From contig JAYWIR010000005.1 in assembly GCA_036172245.1 (NCBI GenBank), positions 3,410,001-3,474,000 on the forward strand: a stretch of DNA of 64,000 nt, given 5' to 3'. A model generated the notes under the pieces. The model searched no databases. It saw only the letters and a program-made list of their open reading frames with translations, and had not been told where the DNA came from. This DNA is from Raillietiella orientalis. Lineage: Eukaryota. Position numbers and translations under genes: made by a program. This document shows positions 36,601 through 48,987 of this stretch, one piece after another; position 1 is the stretch's first letter, and every line of letters begins with the position of its first letter.

Positions 36601-39600
36601 CAAGCGCCTACCAAGTCGACCGGGAAGCTGTCCTTTTCCTCTTAGAAGGGATGGATGCACTCTGTCTGTGCTGCATCCATTGGAGGATGGACGTTTTTTT
36701 CTTCGTGTCCTCTTTTTTTTTTTCTCCTCTACCTTTTTCTTTGTTTTTCTCCGCTACCTGGAAACTTTATGAGTAACGAAGTTGCATGGACAACATGCCG
36801 GTTGGTGCCCTTGGCGCTAGGATACTATTTTTGGGGGATAGCGACCTTTAAAATGATGCGATGTTCAAGGTGGAATCGGGAACACGGGGAGTAGATGAGG
36901 GATGTTCGTTACCGAACATTTCGTGGGGGATGGATTGTTGCGCGGGAGAGGCGTGTGCGGAAACAAGTGGTTGGGGTGCATGAAGGGATGGTTACATCAG
37001 ACACACAAGCGTTCCAAATCAAGGCAAGCGCCTACCAAGTCGAACGGGAAGCTGTCCTTTTCCTCTTAGCAGGGATGGATGCACTCTGTCTGTGCTGCAT
37101 CCATTGGAGGATGGACGTTTTTTTCTTCGTGTCCTCTTTTTTTTTTCTCCTCTTCCTTTTTCTTTGTTTTTCTCCGCTACCTGGAAACTTTATTAGTAAC
37201 GAAGTTGCATGGACAACATGGCCGTTGCTGCCCTTATCCCTAGGATACTACGTTTGGGGCATAGCGATCGTTAAAATGATGCGATGTTCAAGGTGGAATC
37301 GGGAACACGGGGAGTAGATGAGGGATGTTCGTTACCGAACATTTCGTGGGGGATGGATTGTTGCGCGGGAGAGGCGTGTGCGGAAACAAGTGGTTGGGGT
37401 GCATGAAGGGATGGTTACATCAGACACACAAGCGTTCCAAATCAAGGCAAGCGCCTACCAAGTCGACCGGGAAGCTGTCCTTTTCCTCTTAGCAGGGATG
37501 GATGCACTCTGTCTGTGCTGCATCCATTGGAGGATGGACGTTTTTTTCTTCGTGTCCTCTTTTTTTTTCTCCTCTTCCTTTTTCTTTGTTTTTCTCCGCT
37601 ACCTGGAAACTTTATGAGTAACGAAGTTGCATGGACAACATGCCCGTTGGTGCCCTGAGCGCTAGGATACTATTTTTGGGGGATAGCGACCGTTAAAATG
37701 ATGCGATGTTCAAGGTGGATTCGGAGACACGGGGAGTAGATGAGGGTTGTTCGTTACCGAACATTTCGTGGGGGATGGATTGTTGCGCGGGAGAGGCGTG
37801 TGCGGAAACAAGTGGTTGGGGTGCATGAAGGGATGGTTACATCAGACACACAAGCGTTCCAAATCAAGGCAAGCGCCTACCAAGTCGACCGGGAAGCTGT
37901 CCTTTTCCTCTTAGCAGGGATGGATGCACTCTGTCTGTGCTGCATCCATTGGAGGATGGACGTTTTTTTCTTCGTGTCCTCTTTTTTTTTTCTCCTCTTC
38001 CTTTTTCTTTGTTTTTCTCCGCTACCTGGAAACTTTATGAGTAACGAAGTTGCATGGACAACATGCCGGTTGGTGCCCTTGGCGCTAGGATACTATTTTT
38101 GGGGGATAGCGACCTTTAAAATGATGCGATGTTCAAGGTGGAATCGGGAACACGGGGAGTAGATGAGGGATGTTCGTTACCGAACATTTCGTGGGGGATG
38201 GATTGTTGCGCGGGAGAGGCGTGTGCGGAAACAAGTGGTTGGGGTGCATGAAGGGATGGTTACATCAGACACACAAGCGTTCCAAATCAAGGCAAGCGCC
38301 TACCAAGTCGAACGGGAAGCTGTCCTTTTCCTCTTAGCAGGGATGGATGCACTCTGTCTGTGCTGCATCCATTGGAGGATGGACGTTTTTTTCTTCGTGT
38401 CCTCTTTTTTTTTTCTCCTCTTCCTTTTTCTTTGTTTTTCTCCGCTACCTGGAAACTTTATGAGTAACGAAGTTGCATGGACAACATGCCCGTTGGTGCC
38501 CTGAGCGCTAGGATACTATTTTTGGGGGATAGCGACCGTTAAAATGATGCGATGTTCAAGGTGGATTCGGAGACACGGGGAGTAGATGAGGGTTGTTCGT
38601 TACCGAACATTTCGTGGGGGATGGATTGTTGCGCGGGAGAGGCGTGTGCGGAAACAAGTGGTTGGGGTGCATGAAGGGATGGTTACATCAGACACACAAG
38701 CGTTCCAAATCAAGGCAAGCGCCTACCAAGTCGACCGGGAAGCTGTCCTTTTCCTCTTAGCAGGGATGGATGCACTCTGTCTGTGCTGCATCCATTGGAG
38801 GATGGACGTTTTTTTCTTCGTGTCCTCTTTTTTTTTCTCCTCTTCCTTTTTCTTTGTTTTTCTCCGCTACCTGGAAACTTTATGAGTAACGAAGTTGCAT
38901 GGACAACATGCCCGTTGGTGCCCTTAGCGCTAGGATACTATTTTTGGGGGATAGCGACCGTTAAAATGATGCGATGTTCAAGGTGGAATCGGGAACACGG
39001 GGAGTAGATGAGGGATGTTCGTTACCGAACATTTCGTGGGGGATGGATTGTTGCGCGGGAGAGGCGTGTGCGGAAACAAGTGGTTGGGGTGCATGAAGGG
39101 ATGGTTACATCAGACACACAAGCGTTCCAAATCAAGGCAAGCGCCTACCAAGTCGAACGGGAAGCTGTCCTTTTCCTCTTAGCAGGGATGGATGCACTCT
39201 GTCTGTGCTGCATCCATTGGAGGATGGACGTTTTTTTCTTCGTGTCCTCTTTTTTTTTTCTCCTCTTCCTTTTTCTTTGTTTTTCTCCGCTACCTGGAAA
39301 CTTTATTAGTAACGAAGTTGCATGGACAACATGGCCGTTGCTGCCCTTATCCCTAGGATACTACGTTTGGGGCATAGCGATCGTTAAAATGATGCGATGT
39401 TCAAGGTGGAATCGGGAACACGGGGAGTAGATGAGGGATGTTCGTTACCGAACATTTCGTGGGGGATGGATTGTTGCGCGGGAGAGGCGTGTGCGGAAAC
39501 AAGTGGTTGGGGTGCATGAAGGGATGGTTACATCAGACACACAAGCGTTCCAAATCAAGTCAAGCGCCTACCAAGTCGAACGGGAAGCTGTCCTTTTCCT

Positions 39601-41800
39601 CTTAGCAGGGATGGATGCACTCTGTCTGTGCTGCATCCATTGGAGGATGGACGTTTTTTTCTTCGTGTCCTCTTTTTTTTTTCTCCTCTTCCTTTTTCTT
39701 TGTTTTTCTCCGCTACCTGGAAACTTTATGAGTAACGAAGTTGCATGGACAACATGCCCGTTGGTGCCCTGAGCGCTAGGATACTATTTTTAGGGGATAG
39801 CGACCGTTAAAATGATGCGATGTTCAAGGTGGATTCGGAGACACGGGGAGTAGATGAGGGTTGTTCGTTACCGAACATTTCTTGGGGGATGGAATGTTGC
39901 GCGGGAGAGGCGTGTGCGGAAACAAGTGGTTGGGGTGCATGAAGGGATGGTTAAATCAGACACACAAGCGTTCCAAATCAAGGCAAGCGCCTACCAAGTC
40001 GACCGGGAAGCTGTCCTTTTCCTCTTAGCAGGGATGGATGCACTCTGTCTGTGCTGCATCCATTGGAGGATGGACGTTTTTTTCTTCGTGTCCTCTTTTT
40101 TTTTTCTCCTCTTCCTTTTTCTTTGTTTTTCTCCGCTACCTGGAAACTTTATGAGTAACGAAGTTGCATGGACAACATGCCGGTTGGTGCCCTTGGCGCT
40201 AGGATACTATTTTTGGGGGATAGCGACCTTTAAAATGATGCGATGTTCAAGGTGGATTCGGGAACACGGGGAGTAGATGAGGGTTGTTCGTTACCGAAGA
40301 TTTCGTGGGGGATGGATTGTTCCGCGGGAGAGACGTGTGCGGAAACCGGTGGTTGGGGTGAATGTATTGATGGTTACAGCAGACGCACAAGCGTTCCAAA
40401 TCAAGGCAAGCGCCTACCTAGTCGACCGGGAAGCTGTCCTTTTCTTCTCAGCAGGGATGGATGCACTCTGTCTGTGCTGCTTCCATTGGAGGATGGACGC
40501 TTTTCTTTTCGTGTCCTTTTTTTTTTTCTCCTCTTCCTTTTTCTTTGTTTTTCTCCGCTACCTGGAAACTTTATTAGTAACGAAGTTGCATGGACAACAT
40601 GGCCGTTGCTGCTCTTATCCCTAGGATACTACGTTTGGGGCATAGCGATCGTTAAAATGATGCGATGTTCAAGGTGGAACCGGGAACACGGGGAGTAGAT
40701 GAGGGATGCTCGTTACCGAACATTTCGTGGGGGATGGATTGTGGCGCGGGAGAGGCGTGTGCGGAAACAAGTGGTTGGGGTGCATGAAGGGATGGTTACA
40801 TCAGACACACAAGCGTTCCAAATCAAGGCAAGCGCCTACCAAGTCGACCGGGAAGCTGTCCTTTTCCTCTTAGCAGGGATGGATGCACTCTGTCTGTGCT
40901 GCTTCCATTGGAGGATAAACGCTTTTTTTTTCGTGTCCTTTTTTTTTTTTCTCCTCTATTTTTTTCTTTGTTATCTCCGCTACCTGGAAACTTTATGAGT
41001 AACGAAGTTGCATGGACAACATGCCCGTTGGTGCCCTTAGCGCTAGGATACTATTTTTGGGGGATAGCGTCCCTTAAAATGATGCGATGTTCAAGGTGGA
41101 TTCGGAGACACGCAGAGTAGATGAGGGATGTTCGTTACCGAACATTTCGTGGGGGATGGATTGTTCCGCGGGAGAGACGTGTGCGGAAACCGGTGGTCTG
41201 AGTGAATGAAGGGATGGTTACAGCAGACGCACGAGCGTTGCAAATCAAGGCAAGCGCCTACCTAGTCGACCGGGAAGCTGTCCTTTTCTTCTCAGCAGGG
41301 ATGGATGCACTCTGTCTGTGCTGCTTCCATTGGAGGATGGACGTTTTTCTTTTCGTGTCCTTTTTTTTTTTTCTCCTCTTCCTTTTTCTTTGTTTTTCTC
41401 CGCTACCTGGAAACTTTATGAGTAACGAAGTTGCATGGACAACATGGCCGTTGCTGCCCTTATCCCTAGGATACTACGTTTGGGGCATAGCGATCGTTAA
41501 AATGATGCGATGTTCAAGGTGGAATCGGGAACACGGGGAGTAGATGAGGGTTGTTCGTTACCGAACATTTCGTGGGGGATGGATTGTTGCGCGGGGGAGG
41601 CGTGTGCGGAAACAAGTGGTTGGGGTGCATGAAGGGATGGTTACATCAGACACACAAGCGTTGCAAATCAAGGCAACCGCCTACCTTGTCGACCGGGAAG
41701 CTGTCCTTTTCCTCTCAGCAGGGATGGATGCTTTCTGCTTGTGCTGCTTCCATTGGAGGTTGGTCGGTTTTTTTTTTTCGTGTCCTTTTTTTTTTTCTAC
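33650..41800. repeat. Tandem satellite, ~423-bp unit, ~19 copies
   Basis: The TAGATGAGG junction recurs with ATG at 33934, 34357, 34780, 35203, 35626, 36048 ... 41121, 41544; unit length 422-424 bp varies in the poly-T tracts; edge units are more diverged. Confidence 0.99.
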
Positions 41801-42224
41801 TACTTTGTTTTTTTTTGCAGTACACTTCCATTCCTCTCTGTAAATTTTGTCTGTCGTGAATGAGAAAGAATCTGATTGTGGGATATGTGGTTACTATGGT
41901 TTTTCTTTTGATTTGAGTTTTGTATTGCGCATGATTTTCCTTCTGGTGTTGTGATTGTTATATTGAAATTACAGTTTCTTTGTAGAGTGATTGTTGTGGC
42001 AACGGCGACGTTGATCATTCGGATTTTCCGGAGCCTTTTTTTTTAAAGTTGAAAATGTAGAATGATTTTGCATTAATCTCTTGATATGGTTTTTGTTATT
42101 GCTCTCCTTGTGGTACCTCTTTTGGGTATAACCTGCTGTTGATCGTTGGAGAAACCTGCGAGGTTCTCTCCAACACCCATAACGGAGGGTAAAACGAAAC
42201 AAAAATTAACGTTTGAAATTCGGA

Positions 42225-45118
42225 ATCGGGGAGAAAGCGCTGTTTATGGGGATAGAGATGGATCGTAATGAACCTTAGTTCTTCCTGTTCTGACCCCTGC
42301 ATCGTCTTCACGATGCTCACAAGTTTTGCATTGGAGTTTCTCCGGTTCGGTCATTGTGATACACTCTCGAAAAAGATCGTTGTTCAGTGCATGGCATCCC
42401 TGCTGTTTTTGTTTCTTCCTTTGGCGTCGCACCGCGTCACTTTTGCGCGAACACTGCAGAGAATTGCCAGAGACGCGGCGGGGTCAGGGCACACGTCAGC
42501 AGAGGTGCCGTCTATTGGTTTTAGGGTCGCCTGCCGGAAGTTTCAGGATGGACAAGAGTCGATAGGAAAGATCACGGAAGGCCACGCAATGGAATATGAG
42601 ATGCGGGAAGGTTTCCCTTTCACCGCTCTCGGCACAACTGGTACAACTTGCAACCAAACACCCTACTCTCCTGTGGGGGAGGTGCGCTCTGCATAGCATT
42701 CCCCAATGCAGGGAGAATAGAAACGCCGTCTCTTGCCACTCCATTGAAAGTTTCCCGCTGTTGCAATATGCCGGGGTCGCTCCGCCTCCTCCGGTTGTGT
42801 TGCGAGCTGCTCGACCCAGGTGATGAGCTCTTTAGGGGCGACTCTCGTTCTCATAGCGTCCATAACCTTCCAAGTTTTCCACGCCTACATTCGTTTTTTC
42901 CTGTCTCCAATGAGGCAGGACACTTCCCACGATGCTCGTTCGTTTCTATCTCCAGCGTTTGAGAGGATCTGGGGGGATGAAGGGGGGCCAAGGCAATTTG
43001 CGTGGGTTGTTTATTATCCATTGCAGGGGCTATCCAGTGTGAGGTTCCTTGTCGGATGCAGGCGGATTCCGGTTCGCCCGAGCCGTCGATTTTTCCCCAT
43101 GCGCAACCTGACCTCCTGAAGCCAGACAGTACAGTTCGCGTGGAGGCAGTAGATTCACGTGTTGTTTTTCATGGGAGCAACCGTGTTTTGCAGCTGATGA
43201 CCGCAATATCTAAGGCTGCTCTCGTATGCAAGGTCGATCGAAGGCAATCCTTCGCTGCCTTTCGCTCGCGAGGGGTCTTGCGGGTTCGCACCGTGGCGTA
43301 GTGCGCAACTCCCCCGTAAAGGCGAGTTTTTGAAACTATAGCTGTCGTTGCATGTACCACAGAGTTAGGAGGCTCAATCCTTCGTCCCTGCATAAAAGGC
43401 ACAAGTCTTTGAACCGGATACCTGTCCTCGCTGTGCGCCACAGGGCTTTCCTCAGGAGATCCTCGATTTGCATTTTCGTTAAGGGTGGGGCGGGCAAACA
43501 AAAGTGATGAGCAATGGAGGGAGTTTGCTACCGTGTTCCACACCGCGTCTTGTTCCTGCAAGTGAAACGTGCCGTCGCGAACGGACCAATCGCCAACTCA
43601 ACCTTTCGAAGACAGTCGGACCAGGCTTCTGTTACGCACAAGTCCCCCGGCGGAACGCCAAGTTACTTCAGATACCTGCCCGTGAAGCTTCTCGAGCGGA
43701 TCCAGTCCGGCCATCCTGCCAACGCCGCACCGACTGCTACGATGGACGACTTCTCCCTGTTCACCTCGAGGCCCGTCCAGCTGCGTAGCAGCTCCAGGAA
43801 GTCTTGCCGGGGTGCACCCGGGGAGCAGGAGCAGGAGGTCGTCGGCATAGGCCGACAGGGCAAGCGTGCCGGGACGCGAGCTCTACAGAGTTACCAGAGT
43901 CTCCCTGTGTGCTCTCAGCGCCAACTGAAAGTAGACGCTGAAGATCAGGCGGCTCAGCCTGCAACCCTGCCTTATGCCATGCCGAACCGACGCGGCGCAC
44001 ACGTGTTGGCTGCTGAAACGAATATTCATGAGCGCGTGGCGCCAGCAAAATCGCAGATTGGCGCGAATGACAGCCGGAAATCCCATGCGTTTCAGGAGTT
44101 ACAGAGGAAGTTCCTGGTCGAAGCAGGGGAATGCTTTACGCAAAGCGCCCGCGGCTGCAAGGTCTCCTCCTCCTTGGCCTTCCCCTCCTTGGTCAAAGGA
44201 AACTCGGGATCCTCTTGACCTGTCTGACCTTCGCGCTATAGCATCTGCCACCATAGTTCGTGAGGGAACCGCGTAATTGGGGTCCGGACTGAACACACAT
44301 TCCGCCACCCGTCCTTGTCGCTCATCCCACAAATTGGCATGCAACTTCCCGTCCGCATTCAGAAGAGTGATGAGCCGCCAGTTGCCTACGTTGCGTAAGT
44401 CTCCTCCTTTCGGAAGGAGACGTACTCTACCCTACAGGGACGAGTTGGGAACGTCCCCTCGTTCGCGGATCAGCATGGCTAGTTTGAGCACCAGTGGGAC
44501 CAGCTCTGCCGCGAAGCACTGGTGAAACTCCGCGGGCAGACCGTCTATCTCTGGTGTCTTTCGTGTTTCCAGCTTTCCGATGGCGGAGATGATCTTCGCC
44601 ATCGAGGAAGGCTCCTGGAGGTGGTTCCTAATCTCATCCCTCAACGCTGAGGCGCCATCTGGCAGAAATCGCTGCGCAAAGGCGCGCTCGGCTCTTACTC
44701 TCGTGTGAAGTGAGGACTAAAAAAACACGCAAGATGCGATTTGCCTGCGCTGGGGCTAAGCATTCCCAGCCATCGGCGTCCTGAAACCTAGTCGACCCCG
44801 ATTGCTAGGTCTATCTTTCGGTCCCAGCTCTTGGTTATGCAAGTCGTCGGACGTCCATTGCTGGAGTAGAGACGGACCTGTTTGTGAGGGATTGAGAAAG
44901 CAGAGGTAGGCCCTCTGCTTCCTCAATCCCTCGCAAAATGCCGGAGGGAGACGATTCATAGGGAACTGGGCGGGAACTCTCGGACTGAGCTCTTCATTTC
45001 GTCCCAGTCAGAGAGATTCCGAAGTTGGAATTCTCGCTGAAGCGCGCGATGTTCCGCTGCTCCTGAACAACTCAAGCAGTCCCCTGAAAGGCGTCACGTT
45101 TCAGAGGGTGGACCTCTT
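42225..45118 (-). mobile_element. L1/Tx1-like LINE ORF2 remnant (linker, RT, zf-RVT)
   Basis: RKTPEIDGLPAEFHQCF, LLPKGGDLRNVGNWRLITLLNADGKL, ALRKAFPCFDQE, GIRQGCRLSRLIFS, GLEVNREKS...GRYLK, CTSCAESGERETFPHLIFHC. Confidence 0.9.
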
Positions 45119-47488
45119 CATTTTGTGATTTTTGTTGACTTTTGTGATTTCTTTCCAGCATTCGCCCCTAAGAAACCAATTGCGTTGAGACGGGGTGCCG
45201 CTATGACGTGTAGTGCGGTTTTCTGAACAGAGCTTGAGTGAAAGCCGAATCGTGAGTGAGCCCGGCACGGGGTGAAATATGAACAGAAGATGAAAGCGAG
45301 TTAGAAGCCTTCCGGGAAGGGAAATGCAGTGAATGGGAAATTTTTCGTATTCTTGTGAAAACGGTTCTTGGAAATCGATACTCTCTTTACAATTCTTTTC
45401 CAGGCAACTCACCAACGCAGATACCCTGAAGAGTGCAAGATAGGTGTTTGTCTTGCATGCGTAACAGGTCAAGGAGAGGGGTATGGATGGAGATTATGGA
45501 GAATGAAGGATGAATCATGGATGTGCAATGGTGAAGGAGACATGGTTGGTGGATTCGTATTGCATTGATATCTTCACGTACATACAGGTTCTGTCAGTGA
45601 AGTTGTACGCAGTTGAAGTTTGGACAAGGACCACGGCTAATTTAAAAGTTTTGCTTGGGAAGGATGGAGATGAGCTTACTTTGGCTATTTGAGGGTGCAA
45701 GAATTTGGACACATATGCCAGGTAATGTGGACACATGCCACTGAATCTCATAGGGATACCCGGTGATTGATGGATGTTCAGGTTTCGAAAAGTAAAAGGA
45801 GAGACATGAGGTCAGTGTTTTCCTTTTATAGGTATGTAGAATGGTAAGGGAGATCAATGTTGAATGCTTTAGCAAGTTTGCTTCGAAAGTGACAATGCTG
45901 GGATGCAAAAACGAAGAGCAGATCATGGGAATGCATATCGGCAGATTTGGATTGATTTTAGGTTATGATGAAAGCTAAGGCAATGATTGAAAGGTCATTG
46001 GAGAAGTCGACTTAGATAATGCCAATGGTTTTCGATGGTGATTTGATTCTGGTTACGAGTCTGCACAGAGGAAATTTGTGTAGGGAAAGCAAGTTTTGGG
46101 AGCTAAAGTTTTCATGGACGGATGATAACGGATGCAGTAAGATGGAATATCTGGTGGAGGGTGGAGGGATGGAACATGGACAGCGAAGAGGAGGTGGTGT
46201 TTACCATGAGTTTTCTGTTTCGTGGTCCGGTGTGGAGGCAGAGAAGTATGTCCAAAACGGGATGCATGATTAGATGGCAGATGGCAAGTCTGGAAAAGAG
46301 AAGGACCTAAAGCCAACATGTGGGTACTATGTGTGGAATAGAATCAGTTACTTGATTGTCAAAGTGTCGGTGTTCCCACTCGACAAGGTTTGTTTCTTAG
46401 CAGTCATCTGTTCATGGTAGTCATTTAGGTTGTTGAAGTCAAAGGTTTCACTAGGATCGAGGTGAGTGAGCACAAATCTGTGCCGCATGCCGCAGAGCGT
46501 TTTCGAAATAGAATTCCTCGTCTAGCTAAGGTGGTAGGTTGTCGGATCCACAGAGAGGGCATAGATCTGGATTCCAAGGAAGGGGCTAGCTCGTCTTTCG
46601 ACGCATTGACTATGCGATTCGTGCTAGGAAGTGGTACGAGAAGAAAAGCAATGGCGGTGATCCATTTCGTATTGTAAGTGGATTGAATAATCAGTGTCCG
46701 TCTTCCTGAATAGGGGATGCAGTTCCGGGGGTAACCGGGAACAACAACGTGGAACGTTCGAAAATAGCTTCCGTGCTTCTGTGTGCAGTCTCTGGGCGCT
46801 CAAGTTGAACTGCTCTTTGATTTCCAGATGATTAATAACGCTTCAAGGCGAAATTAGAAATTCCGATCCAAGGAACTATTCAGTGTATCATGCGCAGGAA
46901 GAAAATTGCCTGCGCGTTCATCAAGGACAGCGTGGAAGGTATCATAATTCCTGCAATTTCGCAACCAGTCCCAGTCGAACTCGGAAACGGATACACTGTT
47001 CGCTGGGATGCCAAAACCGATTGAACCCCATAAGCTCACGTACCAGCGGAAACAGTTGACAGACGGGTAGATTTCACTGCCTCCATGAGGAGAAATCCAA
47101 GTGCATGCAGCTCGACAACCCAGCGTTGACGTCTTCGTTCCGATCGAACAGCTCTCGAAATAGATAGGAGCCTGCGGTTTGTCTTTTGAATTTGGCGCAG
47201 GGAAAACCGGAATGTTGAAGGGAGCTTCCTGCCTCGAAATCCGTCATGAATCCAAGCCTGAGGCGCTGACCGTTGTGTGCAGCCTCATCAGCATCGGGCA
47301 AGCTTTTATTCCTTCAAGGCCCCTCCGACCAAACGAAAGGCTGCTCGCGATTCTTCCAAGGAAGCTGCGGACTATTCCCTGTAGAGTCCTTGTCGTTGCG
47401 CTGGAGGTTCAAAGACCTGGGCTAGGGGAGCCTTCATTTCAACTGCATATCTCTGACGACAGACGTTTCGATTGCACAGGATGGAAGT

Positions 47489-48987
47489 TTGTTACCCGGT
47501 CACGCCGGGACGTTTATTGTTATAAACTAGCTGGAAACGGTTGTTTCCATCCAACGACTACAAAAACCAACAACAGAGATGCACCTCTGGCACGCAGGCC
47601 ACGAAAACGGAAGGACCTGAACGAATGGGGGAGGAGGGGACTACAAACCAAAAGGAAAAGTCTAAATGGGAGGAATGGGCCAGGAAACTTTGGTGACTCT
47701 CCGAAGTCACCGTAAAAGATAAAAAGGAAAAGCACCAAAGGCACTACGGAGCAAATGGGAAGTGGGACGCAAGAACAAAAATAAAGTAAACAGGGGAATG
47801 GAGGAGGATCACCGGGTTCTTCGTTCCAAACCGTGTATCATACGGCGATAAATGCCAGCGAGCTCCTCCGTGGCGTATTCGTCCAGGTGTCGCCACCCAG
47901 CTGCCGCTCTGACGAAGTCGGCTGCCTTCCTGGCGACATAGCATCGCTGACCAGTATTCTCCAGCACATCTCGGACCGTGACGATGGCGCGGAAGCAACC
48001 AGCTGTGGATATCATCGCAGCCGTCGAAAGTCCTTGGGCTTGGAAGAAACGTCGCAGCACTTCTTGGGCGGTGTCCCTCGGTAGCAGGAGTGCTGCTGCC
48101 AACTTCCGCCAGAGTTCCTGGAGGGCACCGCAGTCGAAAACAAGGTGCGGAAACGACTCCGTCGCACCGCACCGGGCACAGCAGGGTGAAGCCACTCCAC
48201 CGGAAACTCGGTTGCGCCGTTCGTTGTAGCGCAAGCCCCAGTGCAAGAAGAGCAAGACGTCTTGCTTCCATGCAAGGGAAACACCGAGCCGTCCAAACAC
48301 CAGGGAGGGATAATAAGTTCCTCGGGGGAAACACCAAGAGTTTCTCCCCACCGAAGTAAGCCCTTTGGTGTAGCACGAGGAGTGGCGGCATCCGCAAGCT
48401 CGCTCGTGGCCCATGGGCCAAGTGGTTTCGTACTTCCTGCAATGGTGCAGGAGAACTCCCACCTTGCCGGATGGCTACTGTCTTCTCGAACCTCGAGGGC
48501 GGACAATGCTTCGGCAAGGGGCGTGGCGGCCAGGGAGGAAAACTTCACCTGGTCCTGCATCACATCTTGGAGTGACCAAGGTTGAAATTGACGCAGGGGG
48601 CGAAGATTTTGTGGCTCATTCCTAAGAGTGCAGCCAGGGAATCAATGGATTCCTGCCGCCATGCATTGTAGTTCATTGGGCGGTAGGAAATCCATGTATT
48701 TGCTTCCAACAAGGTGGTGAGCTGCCTCAAAGGATACCCAAATCCCTGTCTTCTGTGACGCATGCCTGGGAAAGAAGTGCTTCGCTGCCAGCACACCTCC
48801 GTAGGAGGTTGCGCGCGGGCGCACACAGGGGGGAAGTCCATAGCTCGGCACACAGTGCCAGCATCCGGAACCGCACTTGCATTCCGATCCGCTTCATCGT
48901 CAGGATGCCAAGACGGGCATCGCGACGTGGAGCCGTCAGGTCTTTCAGGCGGATCCTGGATCGCGCCGGATCCCAAAGAGCGTTTCT
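47489..48987 (-). mobile_element. 5'-truncated L1/Tx1-like LINE insertion with a candidate target-site duplication
   Basis: zf-RVT SPCCARCGATESFPHLVFDC (47809-48462). Flanks CACAGGATGGAAGT (47475-47488) and CAGAGGTGGAAGT (48988-49000) correspond to a single CAGAGGATGGAAGT at 21881-21894. Confidence 0.85.

Noticed and set aside
28590..41800. CRISPR array or rDNA/5S/spliced-leader tandem genes
   Set aside because: Units are repeated in full with no unique spacers and no cas genes; I recognise no rRNA, 5S or SL motif.
47489..47500. GTAACA terminus suggesting an LTR
   Set aside because: The adjacent coding sequence is LINE zf-RVT; no paired LTR, PBS or integrase is seen.
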